From Candidatus Hermodarchaeum yapensis (GTDB lineage: Archaea; Asgardarchaeota; Hermodarchaeia; Hermodarchaeales; Hermodarchaeaceae): DNA of 64,000 nt. Position 1 is the first letter of the stretch. Every line of letters begins with the position of its first letter. This document shows, in pieces, positions 37,383 through 46,139 of this stretch. Both the position numbers and the translations under genes were made by a program. The stretch is from positions 9,473 through 73,472 of the forward strand of contig JAEOSK010000006.1 in the NCBI GenBank assembly GCA_016840405.1. Reading direction: 5' to 3'. The notes beneath the pieces were generated by a model. That model searched no databases. It saw nothing but the letters and a program-made list of their open reading frames with translations, and was not told the DNA's origin.

Positions 37383-38006
37383 GTGATAATTATGACTACA
37401 ACGAAAGAGGAAAAGCGTTCATTTGACTGGGATCGCGTCTTCGGTGGAATTGGATCGATAACCTTCGGTTTGCAACTTCTCTCGTTTCTGATACTTCTAG
37501 GAGCGGGTATTGTATTTTTGCTCATGCTATCTGGCATCTGGGGATACCTAGTAGCCAATGAAGACATCTTTATATTCGTCTTATTACTCGCAGGTGGCTT
37601 TGCATTTCTTGTCTTCGTTTGGTTGCTCGGAATCTTCCTTCGCTTCCATCGGGGAGTAAGAAAATTCATTGTTGGGCAAGGCGTCGGTGATATCGATGCT
37701 GACGATTCAGCGACAAAAACCATTCTTGCACTCTTTGCGATTTCTGTGCTATTTGTGTTAGTTGCAGGAATCTATGGATATTATCTGTTTTGGAAATACA
37801 TCCTAGATTCATGGGGTGTCGCCTGGCTAGCCTCAATGGGATTGACTGGAGTGTTCTTCTACGAGATTGGATTACTAACCGTTTGGATTGCTCTCGGAGT
37901 GATTATCATCACTTTCATCATGCAGATTCTAACACTCGCCATTAATCGGTATGCGGGAAGGCTCGTCGCTTCTGTTGACAGTGAAGCTGAACACCCGGGA
38001 TCATGA
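37383..38006 (+). CDS. Hypothetical integral membrane protein
   Basis: 207 aa with 5-6 predicted TM helices. No motif recognised. Confidence 0.5.
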   Translation: MIIMTTTKEEKRSFDWDRVFGGIGSITFGLQLLSFLILLGAGIVFLLMLSGIWGYLVANEDIFIFVLLLAGGFAFLVFVWLLGIFLRFHRGVRKFIVGQGVGDIDADDSATKTILALFAISVLFVLVAGIYGYYLFWKYILDSWGVAWLASMGLTGVFFYEIGLLTVWIALGVIIITFIMQILTLAINRYAGRLVASVDSEAEHPGS

Positions 38007-38058
38007 CAAAGAGTCTAGACGTCACAGTCTAATAGATCGTTATCCACAAAACTGGAAT

Positions 38059-38826
38059 ATGACCACCAATCTTCGGAGTCAATGGCAGGCTAATGCGAGG
38101 GCTTATTCCAAGTTAATCGCGGAGAAAGGCACCCCACATCATCGTGAGATTCTCAACCCATGCATTGAACGGCTAATGGGAGATGTGCTAGGAAAATACA
38201 TTCTGGATGCTGGTTGTGGAGAAGGCTACCTTTCGCGTTTGTATGCACAAAAAGGCGCAAAAGTTACTGGGGTTGATTTTTCTCCTAGCCTGATTTCAGA
38301 ATCCAAACAACGCTCCCAAAACTTCGATATTACATATCTTGTCGGAGACATTTGCCAGTTAGAAGATATACAGGCAAACCAGTTTGACATTGTTCTCTGC
38401 AATCTTGTACTTCTCAATGTGAATTGCTTAGAAAGCAGCCTTCAAGAATTTCATCGTGTGTTACGGTCAGGAGGTTTTCTCATCTTTTCAGTTGTCCATC
38501 CTGCATTCAACGTGTATGGACCTGGCCAATGGGAACTTGGAGAAAAAGATCCTACAACAGGTCGGCGAAAAGGGCAATATTTTAAAACTGATAATTATCA
38601 CACTGAAAAAGAGTTCCAGATAAGATGGAATAGTCGGACAGGAGAGGGATTTCCAAAGAAGTTCAGTTTCTTCCATCGAACAATAAGTACCTATGTTAAT
38701 ACGGTTATCGAATCAGGGTTTCAGTTAGTAGCTTTCGAGGAACCGCTTCCATCAACGGACGCACCGTTTTTTGAACGCGAAAGACGTGTGCCATTCTTCC
38801 TTGTAATTAAAGCTGAAAAATCTTGA
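38059..38826 (+). CDS. Class I SAM-dependent methyltransferase
   Basis: ILDAGCGEGYL motif I and VDFSPSLI motif II. ATG 38059 is preferred over the track start 37951, which overlaps the previous gene. Confidence 0.85.
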   Translation: MTTNLRSQWQANARAYSKLIAEKGTPHHREILNPCIERLMGDVLGKYILDAGCGEGYLSRLYAQKGAKVTGVDFSPSLISESKQRSQNFDITYLVGDICQLEDIQANQFDIVLCNLVLLNVNCLESSLQEFHRVLRSGGFLIFSVVHPAFNVYGPGQWELGEKDPTTGRRKGQYFKTDNYHTEKEFQIRWNSRTGEGFPKKFSFFHRTISTYVNTVIESGFQLVAFEEPLPSTDAPFFERERRVPFFLVIKAEKS

Positions 38827-38833
38827 ACCACGC

Positions 38834-39472
38834 TCAGGTACGAATCTTCTGAGGAAGAAGTAGCGAAACTTCAGTAAACCGGTGAGGCCGCTTTAGCAAA
38901 CGGGAGATAAAGCGCGTGAAAAGACGTTTATCTTCACCACATGCTGCAGCGAAACCTACGGGTGAGAGGCCCACTAAGATGAAACGAGTCGTTGCATTTA
39001 GAAGAGATGATTCAGTATACGGAGCTTTGGCGGTTTGTGATTCACTGTTTTCGAGCCCAGAGTCTTCGGTGATAAAAAGCGCTCCAGCTGATAGTCCACG
39101 AGGATGACTTTTTGTAAGTATTACGAATAATGGTGTATCCAGGGTGAGAGTAATTTCCTGAGGAGTTCTCACTTCTTCGATGACAGTTTTAATGGCCCAT
39201 TCATCGTTTTGGCGAATTAATTCTAACAGTTGATTAAGAAAGGATTCACCTACGACCACCGTAGATGGAGAAAGGAGGGATTCTGCATCCTGAAAATCGA
39301 GTGCCACCCGAATCTCTTGTCCTTCGGCCTCGCCTCGAATTATAACAACCCAGTTACTAGGTTCCTCCACCTTATTACACCTGAATGATTTAGAGAACTT
39401 GTAGATTGATGAAGGCACAAGAAGAAATAACTCTTCGTACTTATGGCGTGATGAACGGAAAACCACGAGCAT
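38834..39472 (-). CDS. Hypothetical protein
   Basis: 212-aa ORF with no recognised motif. It overlaps the upstream gene by 32 nt unless GTG 39418 is the start. Confidence 0.4.
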   Translation of the reverse strand: MLVVFRSSRHKYEELFLLVPSSIYKFSKSFRCNKVEEPSNWVVIIRGEAEGQEIRVALDFQDAESLLSPSTVVVGESFLNQLLELIRQNDEWAIKTVIEEVRTPQEITLTLDTPLFVILTKSHPRGLSAGALFITEDSGLENSESQTAKAPYTESSLLNATTRFILVGLSPVGFAAACGEDKRLFTRFISRLLKRPHRFTEVSLLLPQKIRT

Positions 39473-39845
39473 ACACGGTTACTGTGCCTTCTAGACTTCC
39501 TAGAGCACAGACAATCGTAATGGTGTAGGTACCAGTAATATCGAGCCATGGAGTCGTAACGGTTGTTGTTGATGTATCAATAGAAAGTGAAGCATTGAGC
39601 ACGGTATTCGATGCATCTCGAATTTCATAGCCCCAGACGGCAGTAACGGACGTGAGTGTTATAATAACCTGCATCTGAGAATTTGGCCAATTGATTGCTC
39701 CTGGAATATTCGTTGAAGAAAGAACCCCAGTAAGACTAACTGGCGTCGATTGTACCGCAGAGGGGAATGCTAATCCGAGGTAAATTCCAGCGGAGATTAT
39801 TACTATGATGATGATCCCAATGGCAACCTTTTTTCCTGTTTTCAT
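39441..39845 (-). CDS. Hypothetical membrane-anchored, Thr/Ser-rich beta-type protein
   Basis: N-terminal anchor KKVAIGIIIIVIISAGIYLGLAF, then T/S/V-rich sequence with sequons (NAS, NTV). Confidence 0.5.
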   Translation of the reverse strand: MKTGKKVAIGIIIIVIISAGIYLGLAFPSAVQSTPVSLTGVLSSTNIPGAINWPNSQMQVIITLTSVTAVWGYEIRDASNTVLNASLSIDTSTTTVTTPWLDITGTYTITIVCALGSLEGTVTVYARGFPFITP

Positions 39846-39986
39846 TATCTACTCACCTTCAGAATTTTCTTCTATTAGGTCCATGTTCTATTTATCATTC
39901 TTGCATGCTATGAGTAACTTTGTTATTCGTCCGAATAAAATATGAAAAAGATCTGAACCATAAGAGGCGCAAGGAGTCAGAATAAC

Positions 39987-41546
39987 TTGCCATTTCAGAT
40001 TGATCTCATTATTCATAATGTTAACATCATCACCATGGATCCTGCTATGCCTAGAGCTGAAGCGATGGCGGTTACGAATGGACGGATTATCGCGCTTGGC
40101 TCAGAGGAGGAATTGAAACCGCTTTTTGAGAATGCCAAAGATATCATTGATGGAAAAGGCCATACGGTGCTTCCGGGATTCATTGACACTCATGCCCATT
40201 TGGCTGGACTTGGTCGCAAATTATTTCACCTGGATCTTGGCGACACTACATCCGCAGAAGAAGCTATTCAATTAGTTGGAGAACGGGTGAAAAAGAGTCC
40301 ACCTGGTAAGCTCATATTAGGTTACAGCTGGGATGAAAGCAAATGGACAACTCCTCGTTACATAACAAAAGATGACCTAGACCTGATTGCTCCTGATAAT
40401 CCAATCGTGTTGATTCGAGTTTGTGGTCATCTAGTAAGCACAAATTCAGCAGCGCTTAGGCAATTAGACATTGATGCAACGCATCCAGGAGTTGACAAAG
40501 ACAATGACACTGGTGAACCAACAGGAGTTCTCCGGGATATTCCCATTGATACTAGGAAATTAGAAACCGATGAGGAAGATTTGGCTCAATCTATTATTGC
40601 TGCATGTCACTTCGCAAACAGCGTTGGTGTCACATCCGTACATGAGAATCTATACCGCCAACAGTTACAAACCGTTGCAGCGTTCATTAAAGTCCGACAA
40701 GCACAACAACTTACCGTGAGAGTGTATGCCAATCTTGAAACTCAACTATTGGATAAGCTTGCAGGGCTAGGCTTACCTACCGGACTAGGAGACGAATACT
40801 TCAGGTTAGGCGGTGTGAAGGTTTTCATAGATGGATCCTTCGGAGCCCAAACCGCAGCACTTTCTCAACCTTACCAAGACCACTCAGAATCTGATGGCCT
40901 CCTACTCTTCGATGAAGAGGATTATCGATTTCTTCTCAAAACTGCCAACCAATTGGGGCTCCAAGTGAGTACTCATGCTATCGGTGACCGGGGGATTGAC
41001 ATGGTTTTGAGAGCGCATGAACAAGTGAGCAAAGCTAAGTTCGTGAAAGAACTTCGGCACAATATCATTCATGCTGAATTTCTTACACAACCGTTAATCG
41101 ACCGAGTGAAAAAGTTGGATATACTTTTACTCCAACAACCGAATTTTGTGCATCGATGGGGACTCCCCGGAGAGATGTATTATTCCCGTCTGGGCCCGGA
41201 ACGTGCTCAGCAATTAAACAATTTCCGGAAAATTTTAGATGCCGGTATCAAAATCGCGTTTGGATCTGATTGTATGCCGATGGACCCGATTTATGGAATC
41301 TATTCGGCTGTGACACACCCTAACCCTGCGACGCGAATTACTGTGGAGGAGGCAATTCGACTCTATACTGCTGATGCAGCATATGCCAGTTTTGAAGAAC
41401 AAGATAAAGGAACGCTTGCCCTCGGAAAACTAGCTGATTTCATACGCATTTCCGGAGATCCCTTCACCCTGAAACCTGAGAACTTACGGAATTTGAAAGT
41501 ACTTGAAACCTATGTTGGTGGACGTCAGGTCTTTTCAAGTCTCTAA
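39987..41546 (+). CDS. Amidohydrolase-family metal-dependent hydrolase (YtcJ-like, amidohydrolase 3)
   Basis: VLPGFIDTHAHL, a later HAIGD segment and a C-terminal GSD segment. TTG start. Confidence 0.85.
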   Translation: MPFQIDLIIHNVNIITMDPAMPRAEAMAVTNGRIIALGSEEELKPLFENAKDIIDGKGHTVLPGFIDTHAHLAGLGRKLFHLDLGDTTSAEEAIQLVGERVKKSPPGKLILGYSWDESKWTTPRYITKDDLDLIAPDNPIVLIRVCGHLVSTNSAALRQLDIDATHPGVDKDNDTGEPTGVLRDIPIDTRKLETDEEDLAQSIIAACHFANSVGVTSVHENLYRQQLQTVAAFIKVRQAQQLTVRVYANLETQLLDKLAGLGLPTGLGDEYFRLGGVKVFIDGSFGAQTAALSQPYQDHSESDGLLLFDEEDYRFLLKTANQLGLQVSTHAIGDRGIDMVLRAHEQVSKAKFVKELRHNIIHAEFLTQPLIDRVKKLDILLLQQPNFVHRWGLPGEMYYSRLGPERAQQLNNFRKILDAGIKIAFGSDCMPMDPIYGIYSAVTHPNPATRITVEEAIRLYTADAAYASFEEQDKGTLALGKLADFIRISGDPFTLKPENLRNLKVLETYVGGRQVFSSL

Positions 41547-42527
41547 TGGCCGCTTCCGCATCAAAAATGCAGTCGTTTCTTGAAGGTTAGGAAATAGCGT
41601 TTGGCCAGGCTGTCGGGATACTCGTAAAGCAGCTACCGCATTGGCGAAGACTGCAGCCCGACCCATAGTGGCTCCAGAAATCATACTCACAGCAAAGCCA
41701 GCATCAAAGGCATCACCGGCCGCTGTAGTATCCTGAACCTCAACATCGAAGGCAGGTATATGATGTTGATCACGTTTTGTTGCTAACAAACAGCCTTTCT
41801 TGCCTAGTTTTACTACGAGAGCAGGAGCTCCAGCTTCGATGAGTAGTTGAGCTCCTTTCCGTGGACTACGCTCACCTGTTAGCGCCTTGACTTCATCACC
41901 ATTTGGAAAAAACACATCAACAAATTGAAGAATTTCTTTTACCTCTTCAACAGTATCGTCTGACCAGTCAGCAGGATCCCAGCCTGTGTCGAAAGATGTT
42001 GTTGCTCCCCGTGATTTTGCTAGTTTTAATAATTCTACTAAAGGTCGACCTTGAAGAGCATCTAGAAGGTGATACCCAGCTAAATGAACCCATCGCGGTG
42101 GTGGATCTTGTTTGAGACATACTTCAAGGTCATCCAGTTGGAGTTGGGCGTTCGTTCCTTTGAAGGTGACAAAAGCCCGTTCACCATCTTCGCGTATCAT
42201 GGCAATTGTGACTCCTGTCGAGGAATCCTCGGCGAGTCGTAAGCATTGAGTATCGACATCAACCTCTCGAAAAGCTTTCAACACGACTTCGCCAAATTGG
42301 TCAACCGCTAGACGACCTGCAAATCCTGTTTTGACACCAAGGCTAGCCGCACAAAGGGCAAAATTCGCCGCAGATCCTGCAGCCCGAGTCAGCATTTCAG
42401 GCACAACAACTTCGCGACCAAAACCTGGCATCTTTTCCAATTGTGGAAATACAAATTCAGCATTTGCATCCCCAATTGCCAATATTTGTACTACCGTCGG
42501 GATGACCACTCTTTTTTGCTGATTCAT
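41535..42527 (-). CDS. PfkB-family carbohydrate kinase
   Basis: DTTAAGDAFDAGF signature and an N-terminal GG-containing lid region. Confidence 0.85.
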   Translation of the reverse strand: MNQQKRVVIPTVVQILAIGDANAEFVFPQLEKMPGFGREVVVPEMLTRAAGSAANFALCAASLGVKTGFAGRLAVDQFGEVVLKAFREVDVDTQCLRLAEDSSTGVTIAMIREDGERAFVTFKGTNAQLQLDDLEVCLKQDPPPRWVHLAGYHLLDALQGRPLVELLKLAKSRGATTSFDTGWDPADWSDDTVEEVKEILQFVDVFFPNGDEVKALTGERSPRKGAQLLIEAGAPALVVKLGKKGCLLATKRDQHHIPAFDVEVQDTTAAGDAFDAGFAVSMISGATMGRAAVFANAVAALRVSRQPGQTLFPNLQETTAFLMRKRPLET

Positions 42528-42639
42528 TTTTCTGACCCCGTAACCAACTCTAAATGTTGAGTGGACTAAGTATTGACATTCTCCACGATTGAAATCGGGA
42601 GATTTGTGGATTTATGATACTCCAAAGGGTATGCCACCA

Positions 42640-43080
42640 CCCTGTTACCCAGTTCCACCTCATGACCGTGCTAGCTGATTCGCCACCGAATCCGTGAGCG
42701 CAGTCATCACGGGTGCAAGCCCTATTCTAGCGAGGGGTCGTTGCTTTGCGGTGAAGAATAGTCCGCTGCCTGTTAAGAGGGGTTGCCGTGGTGTTGAAAG
42801 ACACGCCAGGTGGGATAAGGTTTATTATGTTCCCTTGGAGACTGCCAAATCTTCAGCGGCTCACCGCACTAGCTTTTTAGCGTGAATCTATATAAACGCC
42901 GCGGCGATAAATCAACCCGAATAAATGCGATGCCCTGATCGCTAAAGTTAGCCTAATATTAATATTGGGAATATCCGCTCCGCTTACTCGGCTAAAAGAA
43001 GAAGGGGATGAACGCTCTTGCCTGTTGGCAATGAGGCGTTCTCACCTGCCGGATTGGCTTTCAAGCGATATCTGATTGTT
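42640..43080 (+). ncRNA. Candidate structured non-coding RNA(s); identity unresolved
   Basis: A gap of about 590 nt between two minus-strand genes, with only one weak 63-aa ORF and visibly higher G+C. Stacked hairpins: 42677-42692 GAUUCG/CGAAUC; 42692-42712 CCGUGA/UCACGG; 42711-42722 GGGU-GCAA-GCCC; 42791-42804 GUGUU-GAAA-GACAC; 42952-42969; 43010-43041. G-U pairs and GNRA loops work only on the + strand. A U5 tract lies at 42874-42878 and TATATAAA at 42889-42896. Confidence 0.45.
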
Positions 43081-43120
43081 TGGTTGATTCGTTGTTCGTA
43101 GATGGCACTTAGACCTGTTT

Positions 43121-43561
43121 CTACCCGCGAACCAATGTGATTTCCATAGCTGAGACGTTTGCGACGTTACCCTCTGCAGTTTTGACTTGTTCAGTGGAGA
43201 TCTCAATTTCGCTGACGACAAGATCAGTCATGAAGCGATTTCGGAGAACTTCAGCTACGTCCACAGCACGACTGATGGCTCGACCACGCGCTTTAATGAC
43301 TAGTTCCTCTGGATTTCGATTGAGTTGAGTAACACAAGCAGTAATGTAGCTCATTAGCGGTTTACTGCCCACGAATACGACGCTTTCATCACGCCGGGTC
43401 TTTGGTGCTTCAGCCTTTTTCTCCTCTTTCTTCGGAGCTTTTTCGGCCTTTGGTTCTTCAGCTTTCACTTTTTCAGCTTTGGGTTCTTTTGCTTTGGGTT
43501 CTTTTGCTTTTTTAGTCTCAGCAGACTTGGATTCTTTAGACATTTTGGATATTTCCTCCAT
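43121..43561 (-). CDS. albA: Alba DNA/RNA-binding protein with a Lys/Glu/Pro/Ala-rich N-terminal tail
   Basis: C-terminal 90 aa VVFVGSKPLMSYITACVTQL...LVIKARGRAISRAVDVAEVLRNRF...VSAMEITL is canonical Alba. The first ~55 aa are KAKEPKAKEPKAEKVKAEEPKAEKAPKKEEKKAEAPK. Confidence 0.85.
   Translation of the reverse strand: MEEISKMSKESKSAETKKAKEPKAKEPKAEKVKAEEPKAEKAPKKEEKKAEAPKTRRDESVVFVGSKPLMSYITACVTQLNRNPEELVIKARGRAISRAVDVAEVLRNRFMTDLVVSEIEISTEQVKTAEGNVANVSAMEITLVRG
43476..43505 (-). repeat. Tandem 15-nt repeat (gctttgggttctttt x2 on the + strand) encoding KEPKA-KEPKA in the Alba tail
   Basis: Direct reading of 43476-43490 and 43491-43505. Confidence 0.8.
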
Positions 43562-43730
43562 CTCTGGTTGTATTGTATTCTAGTTTCACCAGATTGTCTT
43601 GTGACCTATTGCAGAAGGAGTTAGAAACCTCCTCCGCAATATTGGTGAGTGGAATCGATACTCTGGCTATAACTTTAAAATGTTTGGTTTAACCCCGATT
43701 TTCGTGACTTCAAGGAGAGAGCCAATTTGA

Positions 43731-44810
43731 TTAATCAAAACTTTGACGTTTTCGCCAAAGAACTAATAGAATCAGCACAATTACAACTATAACAAGAATC
43801 ATTAATGCAAAAATGAGGGGTAAAAACCACGGATCCGTTACTCGGAAAATGGTGGGGGCAACCAGTTGTTTTTGTACGAAAGCTTCAACGACTCGTCCTA
43901 CGGCTTCTAAGGATTCAGGTGAGCACTTATCGGGCGTATCCTCTAAAGTGTGCCATGGAGGATAATCAAAGTCAATAATATCAATAGCGGGAATTCCTGC
44001 CCTCAAGAATGGGCGATGATCATCACCGATGTTATAGCCAGGAACATCGAGAAACACATCATCATATTGAAGATCTGCCGCAATTTGCCAAATGGCATTG
44101 ACGAGGGAGGGGGTAGAACTGAGCTCGTGTTTCAATTGTAAATCTGCATCACCCATCATATCAAGAAGGACTGCTGCCTGGATGTTGTTTTTCTGATACT
44201 CCGTTAGACTGTTCACGTAATAGGTTGATCCAACAATATAGTCCCATCCATTCCAATTTCCTGAATCCTCGGCATCAACAAAGAGAAGAGTGACTGCGTT
44301 TTGTGCCCCCTCAGGAAGAACACAGGCTAGCTCAAGAAGTGCAGCGACACCACTGGCGCCGTCGTTAGCCCCTAGAATTGGTTGTGCCCGATTTTCCAAG
44401 TTTGAATCCATATCAGCTATGGGTCGAGTATCGTAATGAGCAATTAATACATAACGTGGTGAGCTACTCGCACCTGCGATAATATTACGAAGCGGCGTAT
44501 CCAAGTGTGTCCAAGTTTGCCTTTGTATGTTCCAACCTTGGTTTTCCAGTGATGCAATAATGTAATCGCCACAAGCCGTAAGGTTGCTTGAACCCGGCGG
44601 ACGTGGACCAAAGGCACATTGATCTTCTAAATATGTGAAGGCGCGAGTGCCGTTAAATTCCAAACAACATTGTTGCGGAAGAATTGAATATTCATTAACG
44701 GCTGTGAATTCTTTTGATGAATTCACTGGAAGTGGGAGAAGCAAGAGTGTCAGTAATACAACCATTGTGAAGACAATAATCACCGAGTGAGATTTTGAAT
44801 GACGGTTCAT
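43731..44810 (-). CDS. M28-family metallopeptidase (aminopeptidase / glutaminyl-cyclase-like) with N-terminal signal anchor and C-terminal TM
   Basis: IAHYDTRP, GANDGASGVAALLELA and FVDAEDSG metal-ligand motifs. ATG 44810 (MNRHSKSHSVIIVFTMVVLL) is preferred over the track start 44966. Confidence 0.8.
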   Translation of the reverse strand: MNRHSKSHSVIIVFTMVVLLTLLLLPLPVNSSKEFTAVNEYSILPQQCCLEFNGTRAFTYLEDQCAFGPRPPGSSNLTACGDYIIASLENQGWNIQRQTWTHLDTPLRNIIAGASSSPRYVLIAHYDTRPIADMDSNLENRAQPILGANDGASGVAALLELACVLPEGAQNAVTLLFVDAEDSGNWNGWDYIVGSTYYVNSLTEYQKNNIQAAVLLDMMGDADLQLKHELSSTPSLVNAIWQIAADLQYDDVFLDVPGYNIGDDHRPFLRAGIPAIDIIDFDYPPWHTLEDTPDKCSPESLEAVGRVVEAFVQKQLVAPTIFRVTDPWFLPLIFALMILVIVVIVLILLVLWRKRQSFD

Positions 44811-44915
44811 AGATGCACCCGAATTGATGACTACGCCCTTAGAAAGGAATTGAGCAAACCCGAAACCTATAAAAGTAGTGGACTGATGCCAACCGTCACA
44901 GCCTGGTGCTCTAGT

Positions 44916-45308
44916 ATGTCGAAAGAATCTGATGAACTCAAACGCATCCGTGAACGGAAAATGCAAGCGTTAATCAAAGAGCAAGAGCGCCGTGAAGCCG
45001 TCGAATCATTAGTAGCTGATCGTGAAAAAGAAAGGGAACAACTGATTCAACAGTTATTCCTGCCGGATGCCGTGTCATATCTGGAAGAACTCAAGAAAAC
45101 GAAACCGAAGATTGCAAATCGCATTGAAGATCTAGCCATTGCACTCTATTTGCGACAGCAACTGATTAACCGCATCCCCAAAACTGGCGTTATTATGGTT
45201 CAACGCAAATTAGAAGGAGTCGAACCAAAAATCACCGTTAAACGCCGCGGAGAAGATGAAGTAAGCTTTTATGAAGCTGTAAAAAAGGACCTTGCGGATA
45301 AGCACTGA
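44916..45308 (+). CDS. PDCD5/TFAR19-like DNA-binding protein (MTH1615 family)
   Basis: ELKRIRERKMQALIKEQ..., LFLPDAVSYLEELKKTKPKIANRIEDLAIAL and KITVKRR match the archaeal PDCD5 family layout. The ATG 44916 start avoids overlap with the divergent peptidase gene. Confidence 0.7.
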   Translation: MSKESDELKRIRERKMQALIKEQERREAVESLVADREKEREQLIQQLFLPDAVSYLEELKKTKPKIANRIEDLAIALYLRQQLINRIPKTGVIMVQRKLEGVEPKITVKRRGEDEVSFYEAVKKDLADKH

Positions 45309-45373
45309 AACCCAAGAAATCCACTATGATTTCTTAGAAAATTTCCGTTGGTTCAGGGGTACATTTATTGTTC

Positions 45374-45859
45374 TTAATAAGCTGCCGAGGGTACGGTCCC
45401 AGCGGAGGTTTCTTTTAAAACCCGACCTTGTTGATTCTGGAGAGCAACTCGAATCACACTTACTGCATTTGCACCCCAGACAGTTCGTTTGATATCTCGC
45501 TCCAGCATTTTCACTGCAGCACCATTGGTTAGCTCCTGAAACGCCGTTGGACCCATGTGGAGTAATAGATGAAGAACTGTACCTGATTCGTGGAACAAGG
45601 GATCAGGGGGGAGGTCAATTTCAGGGGTTTCAATGGATGAGGCAATGGTTGATGGTTTCCAATGGAAATAGCGTTTACGGGCTTCTCTTCGAATATCCAC
45701 GAGCCCTGCGCAACATAACACTTCAATGACATCGTAAAGACGTCGTTTTTCTTTAAGTGGCAATCCTAGATGCATGAGGAGTGTATTGGCCGTGTATTCC
45801 TGCTGAGGATGTTCCCGCAAAAAACTGATTACATGGCTAGCAATTTCGCCTAATTTCAT
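45374..45859 (-). CDS. E2F/DP-like winged-helix DNA-binding protein
   Basis: KEKRRLYDVIEVLCCAGLVDIRREARKRYFHW parallels the E2F/DP recognition segment [27 protein letters not shown]. ATG 45859 (MKLGEIASHV) is preferred. Confidence 0.6.
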   Translation of the reverse strand: MKLGEIASHVISFLREHPQQEYTANTLLMHLGLPLKEKRRLYDVIEVLCCAGLVDIRREARKRYFHWKPSTIASSIETPEIDLPPDPLFHESGTVLHLLLHMGPTAFQELTNGAAVKMLERDIKRTVWGANAVSVIRVALQNQQGRVLKETSAGTVPSAAY

Positions 45860-46139
45860 GGTGATATCCTCGCCCAGTCCAAAGAATTTCAAGGGTTCGT
45901 GAGGGCCCACTCAGAGGAAGATGATAAGCCAACCTCATCACCTTTGGACCCAGTACTCACTTCCCTCGAAATCTAAGTGATGTTCCTATCTCTTCTCCCT
46001 TCTTGTTAAAAAGTGCTGGTAATACGTTTCGTGCCATTCGTCCAAATTGCAGTAACATTAGGAGTTCATTATAAATCAGGAAAAGGACAGAGCTTAAATC
46101 AGTAAATTCCCAGCTATTGGGTGGGGTTCTTCAGTCGGA

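Noticed and set aside
37367-37723. 118-aa minus-strand ORF
   Set aside because: It is antisense to a plausible multi-TM membrane protein gene. Its Pro/Lys/Ser-rich composition carries no signal.
42694-42885. 63-aa ORF inside the structured intergenic region
   Set aside because: It has a non-ATG start, no RBS and an Arg/Ala/Gly-rich composition typical of translating G+C-rich structured RNA. It spans the predicted helices.
42640-43080. Firm assignment of the structured region as RNase P RNA or SRP RNA
   Set aside because: Only a CR-I/P4-like element was seen, and it could alternatively pair locally (CUAUUCU 42722-28 with AGAAUAG 42755-61). I saw no GGUAAG/GUGAAA, ACAGAA or SRP GGAA...AGCA motifs. 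I kept it as an unassigned ncRNA candidate.
43430-43520. Short tandem repeats considered as a possible CRISPR or minisatellite
   Set aside because: There are only two 15-nt units plus imperfect relatives, all in frame inside the Alba N-terminal tail. There is no spacer structure. No CRISPR-like array was seen anywhere in the window.
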